In this document: piece by piece, positions 1 through 9,023 of the stretch | Layout: each line of letters opens with the position of its first letter | Position numbering within the stretch: the first letter of the stretch is position 1 | Notes under the pieces: generated by a model | Database searches by the model: none | The model's input: only the letters and a program-made list of their open reading frames with translations | Told to the model about the DNA's origin: nothing | Position numbers and translations under genes: made by a program | Virus record (IMG/VR): IMGVR_UViG_3300034073_001700 | Coordinates: 32,001-96,000 of that record | Direction: 5' to 3' (one strand) | From: a virus | Length of the DNA: 64,000 bases

Positions 1-340
1 CAGTAGTTGGAGCACTAGCAGAATATGTGGCAGTTCCATATGTTGGTGCATTTCCAGTTACTGATGTAGAATCAACCCAGATATATCCATTTACAAGGTT
101 TGTGCCAGTTGGTGCGGTATCTGAATAAATAGAACGAGCAGGATCATCCTCAATAAAATCAACCCTAGTATCTAATGCCTTAAAATGACCAGCAATAGAG
201 TTTGCAATAACATCTTCTTCTGTTGTTGGGGCAGTTGTAGATCCATAATGATAAGTTCTTAAAGCAGCCTGAATATCAGCAGCGTCCTCATAACCTGGTA
301 CCTGCGTTTTATAAATTTGTCCAATATCTTCAGAAGCCAC
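1..340 (-). CDS. Tail fibre/minor tail protein, N-terminal part (runs off window)
   Basis: Read by eye from GTG at 340: MASEDIGQIYKTQVPGYEDAADIQAALRTYHYG...; Ser/Thr-rich; downstream of tail genes. Confidence 0.6.
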   Translation of the reverse strand, partial: MASEDIGQIYKTQVPGYEDAADIQAALRTYHYGSTTAPTTEEDVIANSIAGHFKALDTRVDFIEDDPARSIYSDTAPTGTNLVNGYIWVDSTSVTGNAPTYGTATYSASAPTT

Positions 341-358
341 CCTTGATCACCACCTGAA

Positions 359-943
359 TTATACCACCCTAATATCAAGGTGTACTGTTCTAGTTCCTGA
401 TATATTGCTCCAAGATCCTTCATCATATTCTATTGCTTTTAATGTTATCACTAGGTTTATAAATTCTGTCTCTGCATCTGGAACTACCTGAATAGAGTCT
501 ATAGATGTAGATAAAGGGTTTTGGTTTTCTATGCTATATACAATATTAAAATTTTCTGGCTCTGGTAGTGAACCGATTAGAGATAGTGGCAATATGTCAG
601 TAACATTTATAGTTTTAATAGCAAAACCATCTACAAAATCTAAAGCATAATTTTTTCTTAACTCATTGGGGAATATCTTAAATACTTTTTGCCATGTTCC
701 GCCTAAAACTGGAACAGATATAAATTGATAAACTGTTAAATATTCGCTATCTAATGGGTTTAAATTAAAAAATAAATCATATGGCAATGGGGTTCCTTCA
801 AAAACTTCTGTAGGCTTTCCTATTCCTAAAAATATCTGACTTCCTCTTTGTCCTTTTTGTCCGATATCTAAATCTACTTCTATTGTTGTTGGTGGTCCAA
901 CAACCAACATATCCTCCGTAGATAATAGAACTTCAGTTGTCAT
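359..943 (-). CDS. Putative minor tail/virion protein
   Basis: 194 aa ORF with short GQKGQRGS collagen-like stretch in a structural operon. Confidence 0.55.
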   Translation of the reverse strand: MTTEVLLSTEDMLVVGPPTTIEVDLDIGQKGQRGSQIFLGIGKPTEVFEGTPLPYDLFFNLNPLDSEYLTVYQFISVPVLGGTWQKVFKIFPNELRKNYALDFVDGFAIKTINVTDILPLSLIGSLPEPENFNIVYSIENQNPLSTSIDSIQVVPDAETEFINLVITLKAIEYDEGSWSNISGTRTVHLDIRVV

Positions 944-1311
944 GTTGTAATACTCACCTGATCAGTAATTGATATTGTTCCAGTGAGAACTGTATATACA
1001 TAACTATAGGGGCTGGACGCTTTTCTAATTTCTACATCATAAACATATGTTTTACTAGCATCTAAAGAGTTTCCGTCATCTGGTCTAATGGCACATCTAA
1101 TATAGTTTGGAAATGAAGAACTATCAGTGTCAGTTGGAATTATCGCATAACATTCTGCTGTGTAGGCTACACCTCGTGACTCTGCAATTCTAAAAGTAAC
1201 CGTATAGTCAGTTAGGTCCATAGCAGATCCGCCTGCTAATTTAGGGTATACGTTAAATTCGTAAGTGTCACCTTTATAATAATTAATGTTTAACTCGCCT
1301 GGAAATGCCAT
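940..1311 (-). CDS. BppU-like baseplate/tail adaptor protein
   Basis: Y-x-GDT start, DLTDY and YVYDVEI...GTI pattern typical of BppU-like Ig-fold proteins. Confidence 0.6.
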   Translation of the reverse strand: MAFPGELNINYYKGDTYEFNVYPKLAGGSAMDLTDYTVTFRIAESRGVAYTAECYAIIPTDTDSSSFPNYIRCAIRPDDGNSLDASKTYVYDVEIRKASSPYSYVYTVLTGTISITDQVSITT

Positions 1312-1328
1312 GGGTTCCTCCTAGATTA

Positions 1329-2057
1329 TTATACCACGCTGACGTATATAGAATTCATGATTAAGGAGGAGTCGTAATCTGCCCTAATTTGTGGAATTGC
1401 TCCATTAGACCACATATGACTATCTTCAATGAAAAAGTGCTGAGTTACATACATATTGTAGACATACTGATATTTTAAGGTAGCAACATATTGTGAAATT
1501 TCGGTGGTAGATTTAGGGAAAAAAGTTCTAATCCAAACCTCTGTATTGTTATTATGTGTGGTCAGTTCAAAATTATATGTAACAAATACTTGAGACCCTA
1601 TTTTTAAACCATGAAAATTTAGCATTTTTTGGTGCTCGTTCCATAGACTAGTGCATCCTTGTGGTAAATATTTTTCGTTTGTATTTATGCCTTTTGAATC
1701 TACCGAAACATTAACCCATCCATCTTCACCTTGGCTTGCTCCTAATTTTATATCTTTCCTATTTTGATTAAAATATGCCCCCCATCCAGCCTGTTGTCCA
1801 GAAGAAGATAAAGAACTTAAGCCGTCTTTACCAGGTGTACCTCTTTCGCCTTTAGGACCCTGAATGCCGTCCTTTCCTGCAGGCCCTTGAGGTCCAGGTA
1901 CCCCTTGCACTCCTTGAGGTCCCTGTGGACCCATTGGGCCAGGAACGGGTACATAATTAATTAAAACATCAGCATTAGTACTTTGAGTTTCTACAACTTG
2001 TGCAGCATAACTTGATTTTTTACTTGAAGGGAAGTCCATGGATTTAGACATTGCCAT
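1329..2057 (-). CDS. Collagen-repeat tail fibre protein
   Basis: Long (G-X-Y)n run GPMGPQGPQGVQGVPGPQGPAGKDG... Confidence 0.8.
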   Translation of the reverse strand: MAMSKSMDFPSSKKSSYAAQVVETQSTNADVLINYVPVPGPMGPQGPQGVQGVPGPQGPAGKDGIQGPKGERGTPGKDGLSSLSSSGQQAGWGAYFNQNRKDIKLGASQGEDGWVNVSVDSKGINTNEKYLPQGCTSLWNEHQKMLNFHGLKIGSQVFVTYNFELTTHNNNTEVWIRTFFPKSTTEISQYVATLKYQYVYNMYVTQHFFIEDSHMWSNGAIPQIRADYDSSLIMNSIYVSVV

Positions 2058-2067
2058 GGTTTATTTT

Positions 2068-2574
2068 TTATTCCTCTGACTCGTAAACAAATGACATGTG
2101 AAATAAGTCAGATGTGGTTAAATTAATTGGAGCGTTGTGAATAAATGGCTCATCTTTTGATGATCCAGAAACATACCATAATGTAGCAGTATTACTTCCT
2201 ACATTTAAATGTCCTTTAATGCTATAGTGATCATTTCCGCTTGTATCATGAATTGATCCACCATAAACATCTGTGTGCCATCTTGATGTAAACGGTAAAG
2301 TAATTGAGTATTGTCCGCTTCCAAAATTTGTAACATTTGTCATGTCTACAGAAATTTGAACAAAAATCATTGTTCCATTTTTAATATAAGAACCAAATGC
2401 TGGTGCTCCTGTATAAGAAAGACCTGTTCCAGACCATGTTGGTACATATAATTCTGGCTCTGATGCTGGACCTGCTGGACCTACTGGGCCAATCTCTCCT
2501 TGTGGACCTTGCGGACCCTGTTCTCCTTGCTGTCCTTCTGCACCTGGCATAGGAACAATCTTAATTACTGCCAT
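2068..2574 (-). CDS. Collagen-repeat tail fibre protein
   Basis: (G-X-Y)n run followed by a fibre-tip-like beta domain (GSGQYSITLPF). Confidence 0.75.
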   Translation of the reverse strand: MAVIKIVPMPGAEGQQGEQGPQGPQGEIGPVGPAGPASEPELYVPTWSGTGLSYTGAPAFGSYIKNGTMIFVQISVDMTNVTNFGSGQYSITLPFTSRWHTDVYGGSIHDTSGNDHYSIKGHLNVGSNTATLWYVSGSSKDEPFIHNAPINLTTSDLFHMSFVYESEE

Positions 2575-2972
2575 TATAAAGTACCTCCTGGTGTAATATC
2601 ACCTAATACATAAATAGTTCCAATAACTGGAGTCCACACTGTGTCTTCAATTTCGTTTGGAATAATAACCTGTAAATCAAAAGGAAGTTCTGCAACATTT
2701 GCTGCATACTTCAATCCCCAATTTTTAGTTACTGAGGGATAGGCAGTAATATCAACATAGCCAGGCTCTGATGCACAATCGAGGGCATCTAAAATATCTC
2801 CAGACTGATCGTATGCTGTTGCTCTATAGATCCATCCCTCAGTATCATAGTAAGTAGCCTCGTCGTCTTCATAAAATTCTACTCGTAATGTTGCGGTATC
2901 TCCACGTACAACTCGCCATTGAATATTTGCTGGGTCAGCACCAAATTTTTCGGGAGCACAGAGATTTGCCAT
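2574..2972 (-). CDS. BppU-like virion protein
   Basis: VVRGDT...FDLQV...GTI pattern similar to 940-1311. Confidence 0.55.
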   Translation of the reverse strand: MANLCAPEKFGADPANIQWRVVRGDTATLRVEFYEDDEATYYDTEGWIYRATAYDQSGDILDALDCASEPGYVDITAYPSVTKNWGLKYAANVAELPFDLQVIIPNEIEDTVWTPVIGTIYVLGDITPGGTL

Positions 2973-3252
2973 AATAAAAGATTATACCATGAAAATATGG
3001 ACTTGCCCCTTGATCGGTGGGTATGAGAGACAGACCAAAGGGGCAAGCATTAAAAGTATATCATAACGGATAAAACGGACATACTTATTTGAAGTAAAAA
3101 ATTACATGTGGTATAGTGTTTAAATGGGTTTGTAGGGGCTTTGCACTGAGAGATATGCAACGCTCCCTTTCTCACCATTAGATTGTAGTATAAAAATCTA
3201 TGGGGGGAGGGGGGGCTTTCCCTAAGAGATATTACTTATATATTATATATAA

Positions 3253-3519
3253 CTACTTGGTGGTTTTAGAAATATGGTCTAACAAAACTTCAAACATCTT
3301 GTCTATTTTTCTGTGTAATTCTTTTCTATCTTCTTCTGCGTCTTCTGATTTTTTTTCTAATCTGTTAATTTGATCTTTCAATGATGATCCTCCGTTAGGC
3401 TTTAGTTCTGCTCTTATTTCGTCAAAATAATGTTTTGTTAACCACTTGACTGAACCTACAGCAAATGCTACAATAGAACATATTGAAACTATTAACGCTG
3501 CCCAGGATTCAATTGACAT
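3253..3519 (-). CDS. Putative holin-like membrane protein
   Basis: N-terminal TM helix, PNGGSSLKD motif and coiled coil, common in actinophage lysis-associated proteins. Confidence 0.6.
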   Translation of the reverse strand: MSIESWAALIVSICSIVAFAVGSVKWLTKHYFDEIRAELKPNGGSSLKDQINRLEKKSEDAEEDRKELHRKIDKMFEVLLDHISKTTK

Positions 3520-3552
3520 TATGAAAGATATTATAAGGGGAATTTTTAAAAA

Positions 3553-4320
3553 ATGAAATCTCGTATACTGGAAACGCTGGAGTATTCTACAAATTTAATA
3601 ATATCCCCAGATATGGATGGTTTCGTTTCGGCGCAGTTACTAAATCGTTATAACGGTGCAAAGGTTGTTGGCACTTACGATAAGAATATTCTTTGTCTTT
3701 CGCCAGGAATTAGTCCTAAAGATTGTTTGTTCGTCGACTGCGATATGAATCATCCAGAATACGTGTCGATTGGCAATCATATGCGTTTGCAAAATGACAA
3801 TATGTCGGCGAAAAGTTTTAACCCCAATATTCATTTCGGTATAACTAAGTACAGCGACAAATTTCCATTCGCAACCGCTTATTTAATTGCTTACGCTACA
3901 GATATTAAAACATCGGCGTCAGAGATGATACGCATGGCCTACGCTGACTCTACCCTACGCAATATGGATAATTACAGCGATAACATGCGAACATGGTCTG
4001 ATAGGATGATTTGCCCTGCAGTGGATTATGTTATTTATGAAACCGAAGATGCCAGAGAAATTGACGACGGTATACGAAACATCTATCCAAACCAATCCTT
4101 TACGTCAAAGCGGTATGGCAAAGAGCGGTATATACAAACCCTCAATGAGGCATTTGTCCAAGAGAAGATATACCACGAAGTCCTCAATAAGGGATATAAA
4201 TATAAAACCGATAAAGTTGGTTTGACAACCGTAAATAAATATATGTGTGATATTTTCTCATATGCTGAAGTGTTTGGGGGAGAGTATTCTATTACGTATT
4301 ATGATAGAATAGAATGGTGA
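3553..4320 (+). CDS. DHH-like phosphoesterase
   Basis: SPDMDG, FVDCD and GNH motifs match DHH motifs I-III (degenerate). Confidence 0.55.
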   Translation: MKSRILETLEYSTNLIISPDMDGFVSAQLLNRYNGAKVVGTYDKNILCLSPGISPKDCLFVDCDMNHPEYVSIGNHMRLQNDNMSAKSFNPNIHFGITKYSDKFPFATAYLIAYATDIKTSASEMIRMAYADSTLRNMDNYSDNMRTWSDRMICPAVDYVIYETEDAREIDDGIRNIYPNQSFTSKRYGKERYIQTLNEAFVQEKIYHEVLNKGYKYKTDKVGLTTVNKYMCDIFSYAEVFGGEYSITYYDRIEW

Positions 4321-4514
4321 GAGACGTAAGGTTTAGTGATTTGTTTGATCCTTCTCAGCCAAGAAGTGATAGGCAGTTAATTGAATCCCGCCTCGAAATT
4401 TGCAATACGTGTGAATGGTTTAACAAGCGTATGGTAAAATGTAAGAAATGCGGTTGTTTCATGAAATTGAAGTCAACCTTAAAACAAGCAAAATGTCCTA
4501 TAGGAAAGTGGTGA
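4314..4514 (+). CDS. Small Cys-rich protein
   Basis: RLEICNTC...CKKCGCFM...CPIGKW, a common phage Cys-rich family. Confidence 0.65.
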   Translation: MVRDVRFSDLFDPSQPRSDRQLIESRLEICNTCEWFNKRMVKCKKCGCFMKLKSTLKQAKCPIGKW

Positions 4515-4517
4515 AAC

Positions 4518-4703
4518 ATGAGTAAGGAAGAAGTAATCAAGATCATGTTGGACAGCATCAATGCTGACAACAGAGAATTGTCTAAGAAGGCTGGAATTAA
4601 GGAAGAAGACGCTGAAGCGCAAATTGCACAAAGTCAGCCAAGTCTTGTTTTTATTCTAGGTAATGTTTACGATAAGTTGAAGAGCAACAACATTATTGCT
4701 TAA
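4518..4703 (+). CDS. Hypothetical protein
   Basis: 61 aa ORF in operon, followed by a terminator. Confidence 0.6.
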   Translation: MSKEEVIKIMLDSINADNRELSKKAGIKEEDAEAQIAQSQPSLVFILGNVYDKLKSNNIIA

Positions 4704-4720
4704 TTTATTGTACAATAATA

Positions 4721-4761
4721 ATGCCCCAGTATCAAATAGATATTTGGGGTATTATTTTTTT
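4721..4761 (+). terminator. Intrinsic terminator
   Basis: aatgcccc...ggggtatt hairpin followed by T-tract. Confidence 0.6.
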
Positions 4762-5042
4762 ATGATTCTTGTACGTTAACCTCAGGTGTGTTATCTTCTT
4801 CTACAGGTGTTGATCTATGAGGATTATCACATGTACAGGCATCACAGCACCGTGGTGGGGTTTCGATTGTCTCAGTCATAGCAATCATTATAGCACCTAA
4901 TTATTATCCTTGCAGGAGCAGTTTTCACAGCATTGTTCTTGGAACATCTTTAGGGCTAAACCGTCGTTTTCTGGCCTACCCAGATCTTCCCAAAATTTTT
5001 CACGACCCATATTGTCATTTTCTGAAATTTTTTCTGATTCGC

Positions 5043-5435
5043 TCATTTTTGTTCCTTTGATATATAGATATCCTCTACCACAAAGCCATCTTCTCTATCA
5101 TATATAACCCAGTCTATAGACTTAATATCAAACCGTTCATTGAGTGCATTAAGTACCGTGAATTTATCTAGGCTACCGCATGTGTATAGGTCGAATTGTA
5201 GTAATCCTGGATCTACCTCGTCCCAGATGTGAAATGCTATATGGCTTGTCTCAATCATAACAATTGCTGTCAAACCTTTGTTTCCAGGAGCATCTACATA
5301 TGAGGCAAATGGTCCTTTGATTATTTTCATATCTACCCTGCGAACTAGGTCTTTTAAGAACTCTACCGCCTCATCCTCTGATCGGATCGGATTTGATACC
5401 TTGGCGTTTACGAGCATGTGCTTGTGGAATATCAT
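5043..5435 (-). CDS. speD: S-adenosylmethionine decarboxylase proenzyme (class 1B)
   Basis: GLTAIVMIETSHIAFHIW self-cleavage motif and DLYTCG. Confidence 0.85.
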   Translation of the reverse strand: MIFHKHMLVNAKVSNPIRSEDEAVEFLKDLVRRVDMKIIKGPFASYVDAPGNKGLTAIVMIETSHIAFHIWDEVDPGLLQFDLYTCGSLDKFTVLNALNERFDIKSIDWVIYDREDGFVVEDIYISKEQK

Positions 5436-5592
5436 GTGTTTATTATACCCTAAGTCCTTGTAGGTAGGCTAAATAGTTTAATATTAAAAATATTACCAGT
5501 ACCCCGCCTATTGTGTATTTCATAAATTCATTATACCAAAAATCTGAATTTTTTGCTGATATGCATGATGCGTGTAATTGTAATAAAAAGAT

Positions 5593-5620
5593 AAAAAAAT
5601 AGTGAGCACTTTTTGCTCAC
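5593..5620 (-). terminator. Intrinsic terminator of leftward early genes
   Basis: Minus strand gtgagc-loop-gctcac followed by T-tract. Confidence 0.65.
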
Positions 5621-5630
5621 GATCTTTTAT

Positions 5631-5819
5631 TTATTCTTTTGGCATTTTTCCAACGACCCAGCCGTTATGGATTCCGACCAGTGGGGCGTCAATACATACG
5701 GCATACCCCTGCGGCAATTTAGATGGAAAGAAAGCAATAAACTTTTCTACATGCTCTCTTGTATAAAACGGAATAGTTTTACTCTCTCCGTTAGTTGTTG
5801 TTAGTTTTACTTGTATCAT
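5631..5819 (-). CDS. Hypothetical early protein
   Basis: 62 aa ORF with AGGAG SD. Confidence 0.6.
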   Translation of the reverse strand: MIQVKLTTTNGESKTIPFYTREHVEKFIAFFPSKLPQGYAVCIDAPLVGIHNGWVVGKMPKE

Positions 5820-5914
5820 TTTTATTTTCTCCTAATTCTATTTTATCATAATGAGAGCGGTCATAGTTAGCAAGTGTGCCACCATTTTCAAGGTGGGCTT
5901 TTCTTCTTAGTTGT

Positions 5915-6040
5915 TCAGTTGAATAATTCATCTGCTACACACTCGCAAGGTTCAATCCAAAAATCGTCATTGTCTCCAATGAAGATGTAGCCTCTACCTG
6001 AGCAAGGCTGACATTCAATTGTTTTTACTGAGTTTATCAT
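5915..6040 (-). CDS. Small Zn-finger-like protein (CxxCxGRG...CxC)
   Basis: Read by eye: MINSVKTIECQPCSGRGYIFIGDNDDFWIEPCECVADELFN; GGAGG SD. Confidence 0.6.
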   Translation of the reverse strand: MINSVKTIECQPCSGRGYIFIGDNDDFWIEPCECVADELFN

Positions 6041-6186
6041 TAGCGCACCTCCATGCTATCTACTGTGTAGCCATGAGCAACAAGGCTATCCATAAGGTTA
6101 TTTATTTGATACTCATTGAGCATGAGTCTATCTTTTACTGTGATGAGGTTGCCCTCTTTTTCTACTGTGTAATTTAGTGTTAGCAT
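6040..6186 (-). CDS. Hypothetical early protein (48 aa)
   Basis: Read by eye: MLTLNYTVEKEGNLITVKDRL...; AGAAAGG SD; TAATG overlap with next gene. Confidence 0.6.
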   Translation of the reverse strand: MLTLNYTVEKEGNLITVKDRLMLNEYQINNLMDSLVAHGYTVDSMEVR

Positions 6187-6212
6187 TTTGCTACCTTTCT
6201 TTTGATAATCTT

Positions 6213-6234
6213 ATTCTATACCCTGCCACTGACA
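6213..6234 (-). promoter_or_regulatory. PafBC-type (RecA-NDp) promoter
   Basis: TGTCAG-N10-TAGAAT. Confidence 0.7.
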
Positions 6235-6273
6235 TTTTGGGGTGTCTGTGGGCTATCCCCTTTGTGATTTACC

Positions 6274-6399
6274 TCACATTGGAGGAGCGAAGATAGCGAG
6301 AAGCGTAAGTTCAATTGTGATAATTGTCACAAAAGCGACAAGCGCCCAAGGCGAATCGGAGGTGAGTAGGTCAAAAGTTTTATTCATAATGTTTTTCAT
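6274..6399 (-). CDS. Small membrane peptide (41 aa)
   Basis: Read by eye: MKNIMNKTFDLLTSDSPWALVAFVTIITIELTLLAIFAPPM; GAAAGG SD. Confidence 0.5.
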   Translation of the reverse strand: MKNIMNKTFDLLTSDSPWALVAFVTIITIELTLLAIFAPPM

Positions 6400-6431
6400 T
6401 TTTAGTTTACCTTTCATTTTGTTATAGGAGA

Positions 6432-6460
6432 ATAATAACATAATAAACTGACAAAGTCAA
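6432..6460 (-). promoter_or_regulatory. PafBC-type promoter with sigmaA -35
   Basis: TTGACT-t-TGTCAG-N10-TATTAT. Confidence 0.7.
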
Positions 6461-6465
6461 GAATA

Positions 6466-6620
6466 AACACGCCCAAGTTTTGTGGTGTTGGTCACATGTC
6501 CCAAATGTCCGATTTTGCTAGGCGATCTCCTAGCCCACGCAGTCGGGCGTGTCGCAGTGTCCGTTTTGTTACGTTTTACGTGTGATAATCCTCACAAAAA
6601 AAGTTTTTAAAATGTCCGAT
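6466..6620. promoter_or_regulatory. Divergent control centre: CRP sites, WhiA-type boxes, BldC-type repeats, inverted CCTAG pair
   Basis: TGTGA-N6-TCACA at 6581 and a near match at 6481; GGCGTGTC at 6546; TGTCCG repeats; gctagg-cgatct-cctagc at 6517-6534. Confidence 0.7.
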
Positions 6621-6637
6621 TTGTTAGCATTTTGGAT

Positions 6638-6666
6638 TTGATTTTGTCGGTCTTTTATGTTAAACT
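6638..6666 (+). promoter_or_regulatory. PafBC-type promoter (perfect consensus)
   Basis: TTGATT-t-TGTCGG-N10-TAAACT. Confidence 0.75.
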
Positions 6667-6699
6667 TACAGAGTAAGAAAATAAGAAAGGTGGTCTAAA

Positions 6700-6879
6700 A
6701 TGACTAACACTAAAATTAAAGTTAATGAGAATTATTATTCTACTAATGAAACTTTCTTTTGTTGTGATGAACAAGTAATTAAAATGTATTGCGAGCCTCA
6801 CGGCGAGGCTATGGGTTGCTACTATTGCGAGTTTGACTACACCGAGCCTTGCGAGTGTGAGCCAATTCACACAAACTAA
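6700..6879 (+). CDS. Small Cys-rich early protein (59 aa)
   Basis: Read by eye: MTNTKIKVNENYYSTNETFFCCDEQVIKMYCEPHGEAMGCYYCEFDYTEPCECEPIHTN; AGAAAGG SD. Confidence 0.6.
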   Translation: MTNTKIKVNENYYSTNETFFCCDEQVIKMYCEPHGEAMGCYYCEFDYTEPCECEPIHTN

Positions 6880-6947
6880 GTGGCGTGTCGTTTTGACTTT
6901 TGCCCTAAAAAATGAAATAATAGCAGTATAAAGAAAGGAAAACTTAA

Positions 6948-7148
6948 ATGAAATCATACTCAATTCCAGACCTTCTAATTGGTCACATCTACTACCCTTC
7001 CTCTATGGCGAGGAAATACCAATACGGCGAGATTAACTACGCCTCTAAGCGTGATGACATCTATTTATCAGAAGGCTATGAAGCCTACGCTATCCGTTTC
7101 AATGGTTGGAAATGGGCTACTATTGCGGTGAAAGTAGAGGATAACTAA
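6948..7148 (+). CDS. Hypothetical early protein
   Basis: AGAAAGGA SD, own promoter. Confidence 0.65.
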   Translation: MKSYSIPDLLIGHIYYPSSMARKYQYGEINYASKRDDIYLSEGYEAYAIRFNGWKWATIAVKVEDN

Positions 7149-7266
7149 ATGAAACTTCACGAATTCGTTGAAATGGTTGAGCGTGAGCGAGAGGCTACAC
7201 GCTTGACAAACTTAGAAAAAATCGCTAAAATTAATAATAACAATAAAGAAAAGGAAAAGAACTAAA

Positions 7267-7524
7267 ATGACTAACGCTACTTATACCGATTACCCCTTCA
7301 CCCTTAATGGTGTAAATTTTATCTCACGAGTATTTACTCACTCACACATGGCGCAAACTATTGCGAGCCTGCCTGAAGGTATCTTTGCTCAATTAAATCA
7401 AGACGCAGTTTCAGAAATTATTGGTGACCCTGCTCAATTAACTATTGAAGAATTAGAAGATGAGTTAAATAGAGTTAATGAAGGTGGCACTCATGCGTTT
7501 ATTTTGTTAGGAGAAAACGCCTAA
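7267..7524 (+). CDS. Hypothetical early protein
   Basis: AAAGGA SD; 85 aa. Confidence 0.65.
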   Translation: MTNATYTDYPFTLNGVNFISRVFTHSHMAQTIASLPEGIFAQLNQDAVSEIIGDPAQLTIEELEDELNRVNEGGTHAFILLGENA

Positions 7525-7715
7525 TGATGACACGAAAAGACTATGTAAAAACTTCAAACATCCTAAAAGGATTTGCGGATGAAATTCATCCACAAGTCTT
7601 TGAGGATTTAGTGGAAGAATTCGCTCAATACTTTCAGAGCGACAATGATAGATTTGACAAAGCAAAATTTGAAAAGGCTTGCGGTGTTGATGAGTTAGGA
7701 CTAATTCCAGTATGA
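7524..7715 (+). CDS. Hypothetical early protein
   Basis: MTRKDY...DNDRFDKAKFEKAC, a recurrent small phage family. Confidence 0.7.
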   Translation: MMTRKDYVKTSNILKGFADEIHPQVFEDLVEEFAQYFQSDNDRFDKAKFEKACGVDELGLIPV

Positions 7716-7904
7716 GAATTCTAACTACAATTGTTCAAATTGCGCTTATTGTTTCTATTTATTACACAATAAAAATTGCTAATGAAGAAAACTAAATTCG
7801 CAACATGCGAGATTTGCGGTAGAATTTTTATCGCAGATCTCAAATGCTTTGCTTGCGCTGCTAAACAAAATTAATTTAATTTTCAACAAAAACCGCCTAG
7901 GGGG

Positions 7905-7925
7905 TTATCCACAGGGTTATCCACA
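7905..7925 (+). promoter_or_regulatory. Two tandem perfect DnaA boxes
   Basis: TTATCCACA-ggg-TTATCCACA. Confidence 0.75.
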
Positions 7926-7926
7926 A

Positions 7927-8018
7927 TGTGAATTAAGACACAATTTACGTATTTTGTGAATTTCCTCACAGATTTACGGCGTGTCTGATTTGAAATTGTC
8001 AGTAGAAAATGATAGGAT
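7927..8018 (+). promoter_or_regulatory. Two CRP sites, WhiA-type box and PafBC-type promoter
   Basis: TGTGA-N6-ACACA at 7927; TGTGA-N6-TCACA at 7955; GGCGTGTC at 7978; TGTCAG-N10-TAGGAT at 7997-8018. Confidence 0.7.
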
Positions 8019-8219
8019 AAAATCCTAAAATAAAGAAAGGAAAAACTAATGAAAAAAATTGTTCTTGTTAGTTATGTTGCTGAAGCAGATACAGATGTCG
8101 CTGCTATTTTCGCTCTACGCCGTTCTCTCGCTTATTTACCTGAAAGCGAATTAGAAAAGTTTGAAGCGTTTAATGTTGTTGATTTTGAAGGTAATCAAGT
8201 AGAAGGGTTGTTGGTATAA

Positions 8220-8717
8220 ATGGGTTTGGACATGTATCTAAGTGCCCGTAAGCACGTTGAAAAAATTCAATGGGATAAACTTGATCGTGATAGCGATACA
8301 AGGTATTCTGATGCTACCGCTCCACAATGGTTTGATGTAGTCAATGCTGCTGGTGTTGCTACTCTTGTCGATAAAGAAAGTATCTATGGTGTAGATGTAT
8401 CCGTCAATGTTGCTTATTGGCGTAAGTCTAATCAGATACACAATTGGTTTGTGATTAATGTTCAGCGTGGCGAAGATGATTGCGGTGAATACTATGTATC
8501 TAATAACAAGATAAAAGAATTGTTAGATACCTGCCGTGAGGCTTTGTCTAAGAAAGACCCTAATTTGCTACCGCCACGAGAAGGATTTTTCTTTGGCTCT
8601 ACTGATGTAGATGAGTGGTATTGGGCAGACATAAAGGACACTATCAAGCAATTAGATAGGCTTGTAAGTCTACCTGATTTTGATAAACTATCGTTCTACT
8701 ATCAATCATCTTGGTAA
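8220..8717 (+). CDS. Conserved phage protein (MGLDMY...YWRK..GFFFG..YYQSSW family)
   Basis: Recognisable widespread phage family motifs. Confidence 0.75.
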   Translation: MGLDMYLSARKHVEKIQWDKLDRDSDTRYSDATAPQWFDVVNAAGVATLVDKESIYGVDVSVNVAYWRKSNQIHNWFVINVQRGEDDCGEYYVSNNKIKELLDTCREALSKKDPNLLPPREGFFFGSTDVDEWYWADIKDTIKQLDRLVSLPDFDKLSFYYQSSW

Positions 8718-8719
8718 AA

Positions 8720-8776
8720 CGGACAATTCGGACATGGTGTGTCTGATTTGATTTTGTCAGCGCACCATGATAGGAT
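8720..8776 (+). promoter_or_regulatory. BldC-type repeat, WhiA-type box and PafBC-type promoter
   Basis: CGGACAATTCGGACAT; GGTGTGTC; TTGATT-t-TGTCAG-N10-TAGGAT. Confidence 0.7.
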
Positions 8777-8802
8777 TTCAGTATTGAAAGAAAGGAAATA
8801 AA

Positions 8803-9021
8803 ATGGATAAATTGGAATACGCACTTCGTCAGATTGCTAACTGCGACCTATGCTTAGGCAGAGGTGTTGATTATTGGGCTAATGGCGAGGACTATGATTT
8901 TGAGGATTGTGTTTGTAATCCTTATGGAATTATCCTTGATGAAACTGGAGAGGTAATTTGGGATAATGGCTTATCAAGCGAGGCAGAATTATCTATCTTT
9001 GCTACTGCGGAGGCTAACTAA
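8803..9021 (+). CDS. Small Zn-finger-like protein
   Basis: CDLCLGRG...CVC; same pattern as 5915-6040. Confidence 0.65.
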   Translation: MDKLEYALRQIANCDLCLGRGVDYWANGEDYDFEDCVCNPYGIILDETGEVIWDNGLSSEAELSIFATAEAN

Positions 9022-9023
9022 TA

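Noticed and set aside
5997-6010. CCTGAGCA as an extra pseudoknot copy (also at about 12577)
   Set aside because: Inside coding sequence, with no downstream AAACTGCTC
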